Shown piece after piece: positions 1 to 12,661 of a stretch of 64,000 nt of DNA. The notes beneath the pieces were generated by a model, which saw only the letters and a program-made list of their open reading frames with translations, was not told where the DNA came from and made no database searches. Position numbers and translations under genes: made by a program. This DNA comes from Balanoglossus misakiensis (taxonomy: Eukaryota > Animalia > Hemichordata): the NCBI GenBank assembly GCA_040954595.2, contig CM082587.2, forward strand, positions 1,139,500 through 1,203,499, read 5' to 3'. Numbering within the stretch: the stretch's first letter is position 1; the number at the start of each line of letters is the position of its first letter.

Positions 1-3000
1 ATCTGAAGTACAAGTGACTTTCAATTCTTAATTGGAATTTCAGTTTATTTGATACAAGGTTATAAAGTGAAATAGATTCAGAAGATCACCCTCCCTCTTA
101 CGTAAGACACAGAAATGTTTCAGCACACGTACAACATATACTAGTGATTGTGTGAACACGACATGAATTACTGATGCACTTTGGCTTACAGACGGCAACC
201 CGACTGATTAAAACATATGGATGTGTGTTCTGCACTGCTGAAGAACAAAACTTGACAATCTAATTGGCTGTGAAAATCCCAGAAGAGCTCGATTTTCCAG
301 CATTGCAAGGCACGATGCAGTGACCTTTTCAAAGTAATCTTTCCGTTGAATTTTCTGCTGATTGAGTGTGATTGGGTTGAAAAGGATGCAATTCAAGGTA
401 ATTCTTTATATCAGATGGATCCGATGAAAATGTAGCAGGTATATTGCTGGTAGGCATTACTCATATCAGATAATTATGCTGATAATTGCATGGTTATTAT
501 TAGACGACCAGGATGTGTGTGGGTGTGGAGAACCTAGCTACTGAGATGTCCTCGGAATTTGCACGACTTCTTCAAGTCACATGTATGGGCAGGTGTAGAA
601 AAAAGACACCTATAGCATATTTTACAAAAAAGTCTTAGAAAGCTTGCTCAGAGCGGGTCTGAGCCAACCCAAACAATGCACTCTTGGGCTTCATCAACGT
701 TCTGTGTATTTTGAATTATGGCAAAATGTAAGTCCTAGATCAAAACATCACAAATGCACCATCTGTTAATATATCCATGAACCTAAAAGAAGTCCAAGGT
801 TTCGCCTGATTAAAACGCTGACTTCACTACACAATGCCCACAGAACTTTGAATACATCAAATAGAGTCTATTCATACCACAATTACAATACACTTTTCCA
901 TGGCCATGACACTCCTAAACACATCAGCAATAATTGTGCTGCGTCAAAAAATGTCATGACTCGACCGTTATTTTCACAACTGTTTGTGAACAAAACAGCA
1001 ACAAAATATACTGTAGCCCAGAAGCTTCAGCTACTATCCCTTTAATATAAACAACCATGATATGCCACAACAAAATTGCGCACAGATTATGGGCAGCCAT
1101 ATTTTATTTTCCAGCACATCAATCAACAGCAGGAATTGACAAATATTCAGCAATGGAAAATAAAGATTTCCCAGATCACATTTCTCATCATACATGTATA
1201 ACATGAAACATTTTGTGAAATTTGACTTCCAGATCTACTGGCTTAATTTGTAAGTATTCCTCATGACAAAGAATATAATTCCCGTATCCTACTAAAACCA
1301 GAAACACGATACTATTTATCATCTGCCCCTCAAGCAACAATATAATTAGTCAAAACTAAAGGAAAGTTTCTCATTTTCTTAATATCCTGCTCAGAGCGTC
1401 TTCCCACTTTTCACAAACAAATGGTATCCTTGTATATATGACACAGGAAACCATTTTTTTTCTCCCTTTCTGGTTTGGGGCAATTTTTCCTTTATGGTTT
1501 TTATGTCTCATTATTTTCATCTCTGTGTTTTTCATCAATTTCTAGTATTGCTTTTTTCTTCTATCTATTTCTACCTCCGACATTTCCGAAATGTCACTAC
1601 AGATCATATACTCCAGGTACGTATCAGGAGCTATTACATCTATCCTAGTTTCTAACCAGCAACCCCCCAAAACATCTACGATTATTGAAGTTTTTTCCAT
1701 GAAATTGCACGTAAAACTTTTAAATTGTCCTTCCCCTACATCAATCTTAGAAATTGAGTATACTATAAGGGCAGCATCTGTTTGGTGACAACTAGACAAC
1801 AAGCAGACCCACAGGTCTATAAATAAAGCATTATATTGGTGTGTTAGGCTTTTGCTTCAACTGAAAAGATATTCCCCAGTTAAAGGTTTAATAACAATGT
1901 CACAAAAGGTGAAGGTTTCCCTCACAATAAATGAAAGAACTGGCTGCCGATTTTTATGGTCTTATAAAGGAATAATCTTCTCAAGTTGGTTTTCTTTCTT
2001 TCTTAATACAATGAATAATCACACACATTTGTGAATCATCTGGAAGATCCTACAAGCTGGCAGCTGTATACTCAGTCTCAGACGATGCCATTCTCAAATA
2101 GTTGGAGTGAGGGGAACAGGAGGGAAACATGCTCAACAACCACCAGTTATTGAGTAATTTGTCAATTAATTTGCGATTGCTGAAAACAAACAACACTTCA
2201 CATGAATTGTAATGGCTGGTCACTGTCCCAATACACTGAACTGGCAACTAACTTTGAAAGATGCAGTACGTAGATCCGCAAAGCAAAAACTGGCAGCCAT
2301 TGGGGCTTTAAGTCACATGTGAAGGTCCTTCTTTCCACGTGGTCTCCCTCGAAGCAACAGCTGTTATGTCCTCCCACACAGCTACTTTGTAAGTGATACT
2401 GATGAATCAGCCCACACATACAGGAGTTGAGGACAAGATCATTCAAATGAGAAGGATAGAAGTACCCCTTTTTGAAATCAGGTTTCGCTTTCTTGTTGAA
2501 ATGAGAAACTTCAAAGCACCATCATCATATCAGTAATTCTTGATTCTTGTTACAAGGACAGGGTTGTTGTAAAAGATCCTCGTATTGGTGAAATGACGAG
2601 AACCACCCCTGCTGACATTTACATGATGATCCAGCTGTGACCTCAGTCTCGCTTTGTTACTATTCTTGTACAATTCAGTAAAACCATCAATGAACACTGA
2701 CTGTTGCACATGGTAAATATGAACACAACATGTATCACACCAGGTTTTCCAATCAACAGTTGCGTAGTAGACACGGCAAAAACAACCATCTACTTTGCCT
2801 TTCCAGACTAGCTTCTTCCCCCCCCCCCCTCCCCCCCAAAAAAGGAACACCCATGGCATCCTGCCCACTCCAACATTTTGTTCCATCTGGATTACATGCT
2901 CGCTTTTGTTTTAATTTGCCGTCAACTAACTTTTAACAGGAATCTCTTGCTTCAGAATATCTTCTCATAATGACGTACAAATATTGTGTTATGTCTGTTC

Positions 3001-3344
3001 TTCAACGTTTTAACATTTCTCATTAAAGATTAAATCCCTTTTGTTATAGACACCTCAGATCTGACTTATACTGATGAAAGGGACATTTCAACTTTAATGG
3101 CTCACTTTCAGCATCACTCCTTGATACTATAACTCTACCAACCTGAATTCAAAACCCATACTCTTGCCAAAAAGGTCAGGTTGTACAATAAAGTGATATT
3201 CAAGCTGTCAAATACTAAAAGTTTTGTGTCCCAACAACTTCAAATCACTTTTTAAAATCTGATGACACAGATTCTAAGGTCTCTGACAACTCATTTTTAC
3301 GACGTCTAAAGTTCTGTTGACCAAACCCTCCTTTCCGCTCCAGA

Positions 3345-3359
3345 AGGTCACACTGAACT
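3345..3359. promoter_or_regulatory. IR3 (ERE-like) nuclear receptor element in an RXR intron
   Basis: AGGTCA-cac-TGAACT; motif match only. Confidence 0.3.
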
Positions 3360-6300
3360 ATAATTTATTCATGCAATTGTATGTCAGTTGACAGTGGGTG
3401 GCTGAAAGGTCACGTAAACAGACAAATAGCAGAGGTGACATATCCTCTACACATTGCCGTAATATTCCTTTCACAACAGGATAAATTGAAATAAATCAGA
3501 TTTTCCGTGAAACAGAGTTCACCAACAGGTTTTATCATTCTAACATCATGTACATATAAAAAATATAAAACTGTTTTAATCTCATATAGAATGGTGCCGA
3601 ATGCAGTAACGTGAACAGATGTTCTGAATTAGTGTAATAAATTCATGTTTGGCCATTTATTTTTCAAATATAAAATTATAGTCTTTTTATTGTTTTTTTC
3701 TTCTTCCAAACACGAATACCTTTTTATTTGAATAGACTTACTGATTTTATTGCACAAAACTATGATGATTTTATGACAAACCTATGAATGGACGTTTATA
3801 GTCTGTCATCATTCAAAATGCAGCAAATCTTTAATAGTCAACAAAAATGGTGATATCAAAAACCATTAATAGGACTGTACAGCAGGCAACTTTTGTCTTT
3901 CCTCTACACAATTATAACAGTTAGCCTACATAAAATTCAACAAATTGAAACCATTAAAAGAATATTCCGAGATCGCTTGCCAATAAAATTTAACAAATAT
4001 TACTTGCAATCACGAATAACCAGCATACATTGTCAAAGCTCATGGACAAACCTCAATTACCATGGCAACGACATAACAAACCATCAACAAGAAGGATTCA
4101 AAATGTCAGTCTATAAGAGTTCTTCTCATTAGTAATGTTGAAGTCTTATTTCAAAAAACCCATTCAGATACGCCACTGCACACAGGCAAATATCTCTTCA
4201 TTACCATAAATACGTAGTTGTAGCACGCTTCTGACGTCAAAGGGTGTCAGTAGGTCACTCTATTCATCAAAGCAATTCAAAATCGTTCAAGGACTAACTG
4301 GAATTGCTATAAAATAGACATCGCTAAATTTTCATTTTATAAAAAAACTTACAGATTTGGAATAAATTATACATTGCTAAATTTTCATATATTAAAAAAA
4401 AAAAAGACTGATTTGGAATTGAATATACATTGCTAATTTCATATTATAAAAAGAACAGATTATTCGACTAATATTTTCTCATCAACTGTTTGTTCTCAGT
4501 GTGTGGTGTTTTCCCCCAATCCTTGCAACATCAAAATGCGAAACAGAAGACCTATATTATGAAGGGTGGGTTAATCTTTCATATCTTTTCCCAGATGTTT
4601 TTGAAGAGTGATGCATGACTGGCACGATTTGTTGACGTCACATTTGTCTTTTTTTCACACTTGATATAACACCTTCCTTCCAAAAGGCCACCGCTGCTGT
4701 TGTCATATGTTCAAATGATCAGGAAAAATTTAAATCTTCTGGGGTTTTAATTTTCACGCTCTGCCAAACACGCAAGCATCAAATCACGGAATCGACACAT
4801 GAATACATTTCTATCCATCTACTGATCCACAGCATATTTCTTGATCAGAAAAATACATACATATAGAATTCATCTTCTATAGGAGTTAAGAAAAAAATCT
4901 ACACGAGAACAAGTGTCTAATATAATCCATTTACCTCGGTTCTTGTGGTTGTTATGACAACAGGATACAACTTTCCCATCATGCCTAATTCACTCCCTTC
5001 AAAACAATACATGGCAGTAGGCACACTTTTCATTTTATATTGATTCAGATGAAATATCAATGGGTTTTTTTAAATATTTTTGTCCAAATTACAATTATGA
5101 CATTTGTAATCACTTAATATATTTTCTGGTACAAAAACGGAGAATAGTGAAATCTGTGACTATTCTCAGCAGCATAAAAACTAATTGATTCTTCAAGACA
5201 ATGACGACTTTACAAACACTATGTTTGACGTGTGTTGTCCAGACTCTGTCTCGTAGTCTCTGTCATTTCTTGCTTGCTTCAAACAAGGAATAAAATAAAA
5301 AATCTACAGCATGGTGGAGCGAGTTCAGCCCATCAATTTTGCCAAATTGATTTCAGAAGCAAATTGGTAGCTTTGCAAGGATTTAAACCATAAAGTTAAT
5401 GTCGAATCGGAGAAAAAAATCATAATCCATGTACTTTATCCACCAATCTGGCTGATCATTCCGCCAGTCGAAATTCAGAAAATGGCTCTTGTCTGGGGAC
5501 CATTCTATTTGAATAATTTTACTAATGAAATTTATGACACAACCCACAGAAAATGGTTTCAGCCTAAATTAAACCCCTTCCCATTTTTCCATTAAATTTA
5601 GCATTTAGAACATGCACTTAACCCAATGAAACTGTTTCAAGGTCTCTTGTAAAATATTCATGACTCATTCATGGATTAGTCATTTGACAACAGAGTCAAA
5701 ACTCTGATGAAAAATGCTTTGAACATCACCTGTGTGCCAATAAAGACCATGAACAATCCAGTGGCAGAACTAGGGCAGGTTAAATTCCCTGCAGACAAAA
5801 GTTGCATGTTGTTATTTATACCACAACAACTGTAATTATTCAGGAACTTTGAATAGGACAAATAGGAAAATTTGACAAATATCTAAAATCCAATCAAGCC
5901 TGTCATTGTATGTCAAGATATCTTTGAACGGGACACAGAAATAATGACTTCTCCTCTGTTTTTAACCTCACGAACAAATCTCAGTCTATTAATGTTTATT
6001 CGTAATTAAATCAAGACACTTTTACTGAAGTACAGCCCAAACAATTATTACATTAGATTTAAATAATTCATAAATTGTCTGTAATTACATACAGAAATTT
6101 GCCTTTTAGGTTATCAAATATAACACTGAAAACTTCCACAACACGAAGTCAAAAACAAGTCGCAAGATAAGCTTATGACTTTCAATACTAAATGGTCAGA
6201 CATGCAAGGAAAAAACAAGACTTTTTCCGCACATTACATTGTCCACTGCTTCGTACTTGTTTGCAGCAAGTGTAAGTGTTCTCAAGACCAGACAAGCTGG

Positions 6301-6748
6301 TAGACAGTGTCTACAATATGGGGATGGACAATATTGTGACATGAATAATGTATCATCCATTTGAAGTGTGGGTACCTTTGCTTATTTTTGGTCTGAAAAC
6401 ACCCAAGGTCGTTGCAATAGCAGAAGCCTGATGGGGATGGCAAAATGCCAACAAAAAGAAAGATTGGTGAATAAAATACAAGCAGCTTACTTCCTTACAC
6501 GTTTTTTCGCTTTCAAATTGAAGCTGTACGGAAACTTGAACGATGAGAGAAATAAAAAAGTTTGTCTTTTTACAGTAAAAAAGATCAGTTTAATAGTTCG
6601 TTTGTTCTTTTGATTTTGTAATGCTACAAAAAATGAGGAATATTACACTAACGAGTCTTGCCTAGTCATGTTGATTTAGTTGAAATCTAGCAGTCCTGAC
6701 TACGCACTCTAATATTATATTGACATTTTAAGGCCCAACAGTGACAGA

Positions 6749-6765
6749 AGGTCATACCAGGGTCA
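6749..6765 (+). promoter_or_regulatory. DR5 (RARE-type) element in an RXR intron
   Basis: AGGTCA-tacca-GGGTCA; both half-sites fit RGKTCA. Confidence 0.45.
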
Positions 6766-7524
6766 AACTGCAGCTTGGCAAGCAAGGATGTCATTAACCC
6801 TTGACCAAGAAACTTGAGATGTGGCATTTTCAAGAGGAGACTAATACAACAACCCTTGGACTTTTATTACAAACAAACTTTATTGCAAATTCTCTATTTT
6901 TGCTTTTAACAGTTGTTTTTGGGTAGAAAAGGGTTAATTCAATTCATGGGCTCAGAGAGCACACTGGTACTTAGGGAGTCGAGACACTGAGTCCCACTCT
7001 TGGAAAAGACCCCCAAAAATCTTTACAGCTCTAGCTTTGCCCCAACACAATGCCAACTTGTCTGAATTGATATGTGCCATTTGGAGTGACAAAGTTCATG
7101 CGATCTTATCAGCCTATCTCGTAGAAACTTGCCACCAGATGAGATCGAAACAGGGGACCACAATCACTCATACTTAGTTGCCATGCCAACAGACACTTTC
7201 AAGTGTTAATCAATGATATGTGGATTCCCTACGCTCATCCGATTATGGCCTGCAACAAAGTGATTCAGAGACACTGATCAGCGCAGCTACTCTTGGCTAA
7301 AGACTGGAGAATAAAGACATTTAAAGTGGATTACGAATCGGTATTGACAGGCAAGAGAGATTTAAAGGAATACAATCAAATTAATTTACATAATGCCATT
7401 GCCCATACATGTATATGGTTCAAAGGTTTTGTCTAAGTCTTCTAAAGAACATGTGGTGGCGCACTTTTTTGCATGGCCATCCAAGTGGCACTATTTACAA
7501 ACTTCATAAAATTGCATTGTGGGT

Positions 7525-7926
7525 AAATCAGCCATCTTGAAATTCAACCATGAGTTTTTTATTACTCACCTAGGTAGCATAAACATTTGAGATTACATGT
7601 ACATGGACAAACATTAGCATAGATCTCAACACACACACAGTGTGCCAGCTAATCCATCAAACACAGACACAACTTCTCACAGGATAAAGTATGCCAAGAT
7701 CTGATGATTGATAGGTCCTTTGATGTACATGGCAGAAATCAGCCATCTTGAAATTCAACCATGACTTTTTTATCACTCACCTAGGTAGCACAAACATTTG
7801 AGAAATACATACACGTGCACACAAACATACATGTATACATGTACATGGACAAACATCAACACATAGATCTCAGTCTCACAGGATACAGTATGCCAAGATC
7901 TGATGATAGGTTCTTTTGATGTACAC
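7525..7926. repeat. Two-copy tandem duplication, about 200-bp unit, in an RXR intron
   Basis: aaatcagccatcttgaaattcaaccatga...actcacctaggtagca...tatgccaagatctgatga...tttgatgtaca occurs at about 7525 and about 7736, with internal indels. Confidence 0.85.
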
Positions 7927-8232
7927 AAATCTTTCATTTGACACCACTCTGGAGGCGCATGGATGATTAAATAAATACAGGCAACTGTGCTCTTGGGCAT
8001 AATCGGAAGAGGACTGCATCCTACTGGATCCTACTGGTAAATTCAACTTAACTCTTATTTCTTAGCATGATTGCAATATGATAGAAAGCAGCTTTCATGA
8101 TCCACTAATCCATTCAGTATCAAGAAGCTAACTTGCATGTATAGGGATCAAAATGTTGTTGTTTTTCCACAAGGGATGAATATGCAATAGGCAAAAGAGG
8201 GGTAGGATTTTGTCTGCAGTTTTACACCTCAC

Positions 8233-11200
8233 CTGATGCTCTGTCCCCACAGACTGCACAGATTGTCTTGTTCATGGAGCCTCCTCCTGTTGGTGTGGTT
8301 GGTGTAGGTGGTGTGAGAGGTCCTCCATGCATGGGCCTACCCATCAGGTTGCCTTGGCTGGATATAACTGGCTTGATGTCTTCCTGATGCTGGCCACCCA
8401 TGCCCATCGCCATCTGTGAATTCAAGCCCATGACGGGCGAGTTCATCGCAACCATCGACGGGGACGAAACCGCGCCCATGTGTGCCATGGAACCCGGCGA
8501 GCCCAGCGGGATCCCTGATGTGACAGTGCTGACTGGAGTGTTTGGCAAGTTCCCCATTGAACCCACGGAAATAGGATTTCCCATGTGTTGGACGGGTGAG
8601 GTCACGGAACTCACCGGTGGTTGATGGGGTTGTCCAGAATGATGCTGTCCATAGCCAGATTCTGCAAAACAAAACCAAAATTCATTATTTTAGTTGTACT
8701 ATTCGAAGTCTATGTTGTGTATAAAATCTTGGACTGCACACAGGAAAGTCAAGTACAGTTCAGAAGTTTGGATCAATCTACAATGTACATGTTTGTATGT
8801 TCGAACATGTGTTCCGGTCACAGCTAATGATATTAAATGCAAGTTTTTTTCACAAACATCAACCAGGCCTCAGGTTATACATAATGTTTCATCAAAGATT
8901 GAGAAACACAGGTAACTTGATCAGGAACTACATGTGCTTCAGTTACCCGACTCCTCCAATGACAAAGACACTTTCTTTTAAAACTTTGCCATAAGGAACT
9001 GTGGTAACATGATCAGGGTAACCATAGCAACCTTAACTTTCCCTACTCGCCCACCTTTAGAACTAATGCTCCGTGAAAAACTTTCTAAACATTTCAACAC
9101 ATGAATAACAATTGATGTCTCAATCATTTTTGATGAACAATCACCTATTCTGTCATATAATAAATGAATTTGATCATGAGTACAGTACCTATAATATTAA
9201 ACATACTAGCTGCACAAACTTGTTATTGTGAATGTGTATGTTATTGTTTGATGACAATATAGATTAGAATGGCAAAAGAGCTGGGCCCTGCAAATGTCTA
9301 AATATGGGAACCTCTTTCATCCACAGATGGCTTTCATAGTATGATACTATACCCTTAACTTTGCTATAATGATCAATGCTATAATGTTTTATTGTTGCTG
9401 AAACTCTGGCTCTCACAAAGGTTTGATTTGACTTTTGATCACTGCAGCAAAACAACGCTGTCCCAATATTTCTGCCAATGGGAGATAAGCTCATTTGCAT
9501 CAAAAGGTCAAGTGCACCTTGTACTGGTTTTCTTATGTCACCTGGTTGACTGACCAGGTGGGTGATGAACTTGGGCTACTGTACATCCCAGCTGATCATA
9601 GATTGAGTGACCATGCAGATTCAGATGTAAATTATCCATGAGTGCGTCACTGTCAACCACACTTAATTGCTACATTCATTGCACATATCTATTATTATTC
9701 AAATTTTTGGGGAGAGTGTTGAAATTCCAGAATATGTCAGAGTGTAAATGTAATGCCGTTTGAGGCAACTTTATTATCAGCTATACTGATACACCATAAG
9801 AATGTGGATATGTTCACATGATAGCGTGAACAGTTGGCATCCTGGTATTATCACTGCTCAGTGTGAAAACTGAAAAGTCTAAAGTCTGTTGAGCCTGTTA
9901 AGATACACAAGCTTGGGGTGATATTCAATAACCTGCAGAGAGTAGCCAAGTATCGCTCTCCTATCTGCCAGACATTCTACACTTATAAAGAAAGCCATTC
10001 TGATCATCAAGGTGCCTCTACTACTACTTAGCACTTCATTAGCCGATAAACACCAATACTATCTGTTTCTCACTGACAAAATAGTTCATTAATAATTTAT
10101 TGTATTTGTAAAAAGATAAGCAGTTTCTCAGTATTATTCATTGATGTATACGACTCTGGAAACAAATTCAAATCTAAGCGGAATTTTTAAAGCATTTCTT
10201 TTCACAGGGTAAACTCTTATTGCTGTACATGTGAATTGTGTCTGAATGATAAATTGTACAGAATTTTATGGCAGTATAAAATCATTTTTAGAAAATTTTT
10301 CATCAAATATGATACATTATATGCAAATTTATAGTGGCCTACGTGGTCACGTGATCAGGGGAAATCATGTGACCCTAACCATTTCAAGTACATGTAGATT
10401 ACTGCAGCAGAATAATTATTACATTAGTGTCATTGTTAATAATATAATTAAGTTAAGATAAAACCCTATTTTTTATAAACAGCATTTATTTACTTGTATT
10501 CTCCCAGATAATTGTGCATATATATTACCCACAGTGAGAATGTGAAAGGTTACTCTATGAGACAAATGCAAGTACAAGTACTTGCAAGTACAAGGTCAGT
10601 CAGAAACATTTGGAAACCTTTGCTAGGTCAGATGAGATTTAGGTGCAGCCAACAATAATTTATGAGAGCAATAAATCATTGTTCCCGCAAAAGCTTGCAT
10701 GAATGCCAGCCAGACAGTATACACCACTGAAGCCATTTTTGTCGATATTTATTGCTTCATGCGTCGCATCAACAGCAGATGGGATCTCTCGACCCTTATA
10801 AAAACTATGACCTGACCTTTCCAGTTTCAAGTGAAATAGTTCGGCTGGTTCACAAAACAAGAGGGAGGGTTTGCAGTTTAACACAGCTGTTTGAATCACA
10901 CAGGAGTATACTCCATCTACATTTTGTTTGTTCGCAACTGACAGCTCTGATCACCCCGTCAACTCTATTCTACAATATGTTAGCGCCATTTCAGAAAAAG
11001 AGAATGATTTGGTCAACTCATCAATCTCCGATTCAAATGTGTAACATTTTTAACAAAAGCCAGACTGATTACTGGTGACCACCAAACTTTTGAATATTAA
11101 AATCTACATTAACACTAAGGATTATACATGACGAAAGAGAAATCTATATTTTAAATGTAAGAACAAAATTATAACTAAGTGTGTTTTCCGCCATATCGTA

Positions 11201-12455
11201 CTGACTCAAGATTTCAGGAATCTTTATTCTCAGAAAAAAACACTGACTGGGGGGACATGGCAAACAAACATGTAGCACTGCAGCATTCAGACCCAATTGA
11301 TGAAACCAGGGGTCATCAGAGGTACTATAGAAAGTGCAGTGGGGAAATGAAACTGACCTACTGACAACTAACCAACCCCTGGAAACCTTGAAAAACTTGT
11401 AGAGTAAAAGTTCCCACAATTATCCCACAATTATTTGAACTTTTACTCCAAATCCAAGTTTTTCAACATTTCTGAAGTTTTAGTGGTCAACTGTGTTGTT
11501 TCAATTCACTACTACACTATACTTTTTATCAAAACTGCTGCTATATTCTCGTAAAAAACATCTTATTCTAAGCGGACGCAAAAAGCAAGAAATGGACGGA
11601 GCACAACCAGAAGACCATAAGCGTCATTTGCCTTCTGGTGTGCCGAGACACGTTGACCTTTTGCAAAGTAAACAACTCATGTTCAAAAATTGATGACCCT
11701 TGTGAATACTAAACAACGCGCGCTCATAATATGTGAACGGCTGGTTGTTTTCGTATATATATTCATTGGGGTGGGAATTAAAACTTTCGCGATGTGGCCA
11801 CCATTAATTGGAAAACATGGTCAAAACATGTTTGTTTACACACAGAAATGGACAAGATCCACCCCATATCGCCATTCTTTTATTCGAAGCCCATCCCAGA
11901 GAATTCGGTCGGTCCATGTGGTCACGCTGTTGGTCGACAGTCTGGTGTTTCGGATGTTTTGAAGATGTTGGTATGGGCAGGGTTAGAGAAAACATCTAAA
12001 GAATTGAGTTAAAAGTCGCCACTAGCTGCGAGGCTCGCGTTGAATGGGCTTATGTGAACGCTCGACTGGGGAAGTTATGTAACAATTCAAATTATCTCCA
12101 CACACAGTCGACAAGCGAATACGCAATATGAAAACCCGCGCTCGCAGCTCTGCTGCGGATGGGTTCATCTCGGGACACATAAAAGGACACCAAAAAACGC
12201 CGTTCAAACACAAAGCGAACCACATATTTCAGTCAATATATTACCTAGGTGGTATACTTTAACGGGACATTGGGCTAGCTTGTCAATTTCACCCTAAACG
12301 GGACTGAAATGTGCACGAAGGTACAAGATTTACCTCGTTTGACCCCGTATTAGAATTTTCCAAGGCCAGATCTCGTGCTCGCTATTTACCCACAGAATAT
12401 GTTGAAAATGCTATAGTCATGTCATGACCTTACCTAAATCCGTCATATGATCCAT
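8233..12455 (-). CDS. RXR: Retinoid X receptor, 5' part: exon 1a 12434-12455 and A/B-domain exon 8233-8661. The DBD/LBD exons must lie beyond position 1.
   Basis: Exon 8233-8661 (ttttgcag acceptor, G|gtgag donor) encodes a Ser/Pro/Met/Gly-rich A/B domain with the RXR motif EDIKP and ends ICAVCGDRASG, the start of zinc finger 1, at the phase-1 intron position used by vertebrate RXR. The short exon ATG GAT CAT ATG ACG GAT TTA G|gtaagg (MDHMTDL) joins in phase, giving MDHMTDLESGYGQHH. Confidence 0.88.
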
Positions 12456-12635
12456 GGCTGGATATTCTCGCGAAGCTCCAAACGTTTTAACAAGTTCAAA
12501 CCAGCTCAAATCTGGGTGGGAATAGACCAAACTAGGTAGCTAACGCTGGTTATTTTGAGATCACAGTCCCTTTACCTCATTCCAAATCTACATATGTTGG
12601 CAAACCAGTAAATACCCAGCATGCAGTGCGATTCC

Positions 12636-12661
12636 TCAAGGTCATTGGCTGATTGGCCAAT
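12636..12661 (-). promoter_or_regulatory. RXR proximal promoter: ERR/SF-1-type element TCAAGGTCA next to clustered CCAAT boxes
   Basis: TCAAGGTCA at 12636-12644 followed by ATTGG-ctg-ATTGG-CCAAT, about 180 bp upstream of the exon 1a ATG. Confidence 0.45.

Noticed and set aside
1-8232. RXR DNA-binding-domain exon (KHYGVYSCEGCKGFFKR) or a nested gene
   Set aside because: Not found by reading the minus strand. The short ORFs here lack motifs and exon structure, so the region is treated as one intron longer than 8 kb.
9542-9639. Possible extra RXR exon (MDNLHLNL... or MYSSPSSS...) with donor AG|gtgac
   Set aside because: The open frames end in phase 2 or 0, which is incompatible with the phase-1 acceptor at 8661, and the donor is weak.
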